This document shows, one piece after another, positions 62,868-64,000 of a stretch of DNA of 64,000 bases; position 1 is the first letter of the stretch; each line of letters starts with the position of its first letter. Both the position numbers and the translations under genes were made by a program. The notes under the pieces were generated by a model. It saw only the letters and a program-made list of their open reading frames with translations. It ran no database searches and was not told the origin of the DNA. Source of the DNA: an uncultured Gammaproteobacteria bacterium (GTDB taxonomy: Bacteria > Pseudomonadota > Gammaproteobacteria > Steroidobacterales > Rariloculaceae); the NCBI GenBank assembly GCA_963805435.1, contig CAWDUG010000010.1, forward strand, positions 111,176 through 175,175, read 5' to 3'.

Positions 62868-64000
62868 TCATGCTCTTTTTAGAACCTTCTCCGCGGCATT
62901 CTCACCACTCTTGAATGCCTCGTCGGTCCAGAGGTACCCCCAATCGCCGAATCGGCCACAATATTGGATGCCGATGTCGTCGAGGTACCCATGAACTGTC
63001 TTCAGCGCCGCTGTACGTTCGAGGTCGAAAATGATGTTGGCGTATTTGACGAGCATCGCAGACTTGAAGACAACGCGATCACTCTCCTTCAACAAGCCGC
63101 AGCGGCGAAGATCCCTTATGACCGGCTCAATGAGATCGTCGGGCGAACCGGTCATTGGCCGATACTTATCCGAAAAGTAGACTTCCGCCTGAATGCTCCC
63201 CTTCCCTGCCGGGACATTTGTCGGCGAGAGCATGTGAGGAAAGCTCAACCGTGTAAAACAAATATCGTCGTCGTAGAAATACGAAATATGCGCGTTCGAT
63301 ATGTCGGCACGATCGACACCTACATTGACCAACACGCAAGTGGAACAGGCCAATCGACCGACAGCGTCAATCACATCCTTGGGTGCTCCCTGAATCATGC
63401 GAACGAGGTCCGGCAGCGGGACGGACGAAACCAACGCGTCGTACTGGGCCACTAGGCCATTCGAGAAGCGAAGCTGTCGAGCGCGCGGATCTATCGAGCT
63501 CACTTCGTGTTTGAGCTTCAAGCCGCCCATCGGAAGAAACTTCTTGAGGTAGGAGACGAATCCACCCTCGGTCGGATACCGGAAGCCCGTAATGTAGTGA
63601 ATTTGAGGAGCTGACGCGGAGAGAGCCCCACGCAAGACCTCTTCAAGACTCGGTTTGTAGATTCTGGGGCCAAGCCAATCCGTGCTCATGTTGTCCGCAG
63701 AAGTAAGGTGATACTTCTTCGCGTACTGCATGGGGAAAGTCTCGGAAAACGTCTTGCCGAAACTCGCGAGAAGCCAATCGGCATAGGTCTTGATCGGTCG
63801 TTCCGGCGCGTTACGCTCTTCCACGAATTCCGCAATGATTTTTATGATGAGGTCTTCTGGAAGACCGTGCATGTGGAGTTGTACCGGATGCTGGGGCCAA
63901 TAGCCTCGCCAGTAGTTATTCAAGTTGACCTGAACAGCTTCGTACTTTCCGTTGACGCTCTCAGCGAAAAGCTCCTGGATTCTGGGGTCCTTCGTAAATG
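62868..64000 (-). CDS. FAD-dependent oxidoreductase (UDP-galactopyranose mutase/HemY-like), 5' end beyond window
   Basis: Frame stays open to the window end (FTKDPRIQELF...); FRYPTEGGF, LVSSVPL, CGRFGDWGY.W.DEA. Confidence 0.75.
   Translation of the reverse strand, partial: FTKDPRIQELFAESVNGKYEAVQVNLNNYWRGYWPQHPVQLHMHGLPEDLIIKIIAEFVEERNAPERPIKTYADWLLASFGKTFSETFPMQYAKKYHLTSADNMSTDWLGPRIYKPSLEEVLRGALSASAPQIHYITGFRYPTEGGFVSYLKKFLPMGGLKLKHEVSSIDPRARQLRFSNGLVAQYDALVSSVPLPDLVRMIQGAPKDVIDAVGRLACSTCVLVNVGVDRADISNAHISYFYDDDICFTRLSFPHMLSPTNVPAGKGSIQAEVYFSDKYRPMTGSPDDLIEPVIRDLRRCGLLKESDRVVFKSAMLVKYANIIFDLERTAALKTVHGYLDDIGIQYCGRFGDWGYLWTDEAFKSGENAAEKVLKRA

Overview
GC-rich Gammaproteobacteria-like window, probably an indel-prone long-read assembly, since even essential gltX is split over three frames. 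About 1-16 kb is core genome: dusA (partial), a PAS/GAF-GGDEF-EAL protein, galE, a GlrK/QseG/GlrR-like trio, a PEP-CTERM gene with its sigma-54 promoter, a PrsR-like activator, a DegT aminotransferase, mobA, an HDOD protein and gltX. A 1.7-kb tyrosine integrase + BrnT/BrnA cassette lies at the 3' end of a tRNA-Ala(GGC)/tRNA-Glu(TTC) pair. From about 18.4 kb to the window end is a visibly more AT-rich exopolysaccharide/surface-glycan locus of at least 45 kb. It has Wzx, Wzy/WaaL-like, GT2/GT4/GT9, ADP-heptose enzymes, UDP-xylose synthase, two AsnB-like proteins, FemAB/GNAT-like and deacetylase genes, interleaved with secreted proteins that include two giant LamG/FN3 repeat proteins. The most notable observations are: (i) a recurring PrsR-box + IHF + sigma-54 promoter module linking the PEP-CTERM gene to non-PEP-CTERM genes of the locus; (ii) a priming glycosyltransferase fused to a degenerate GGDEF domain with an intact RxxD I-site; (iii) secreted proteins ending in an orphan FN3 A-strand-like PxxPxxL tail; (iv) near-identical 300-bp FN3 repeats suggesting a length-variable stalk; (v) a heptose pathway plus GT9 inside the locus. 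Family assignments come from motif recognition, not database searches.
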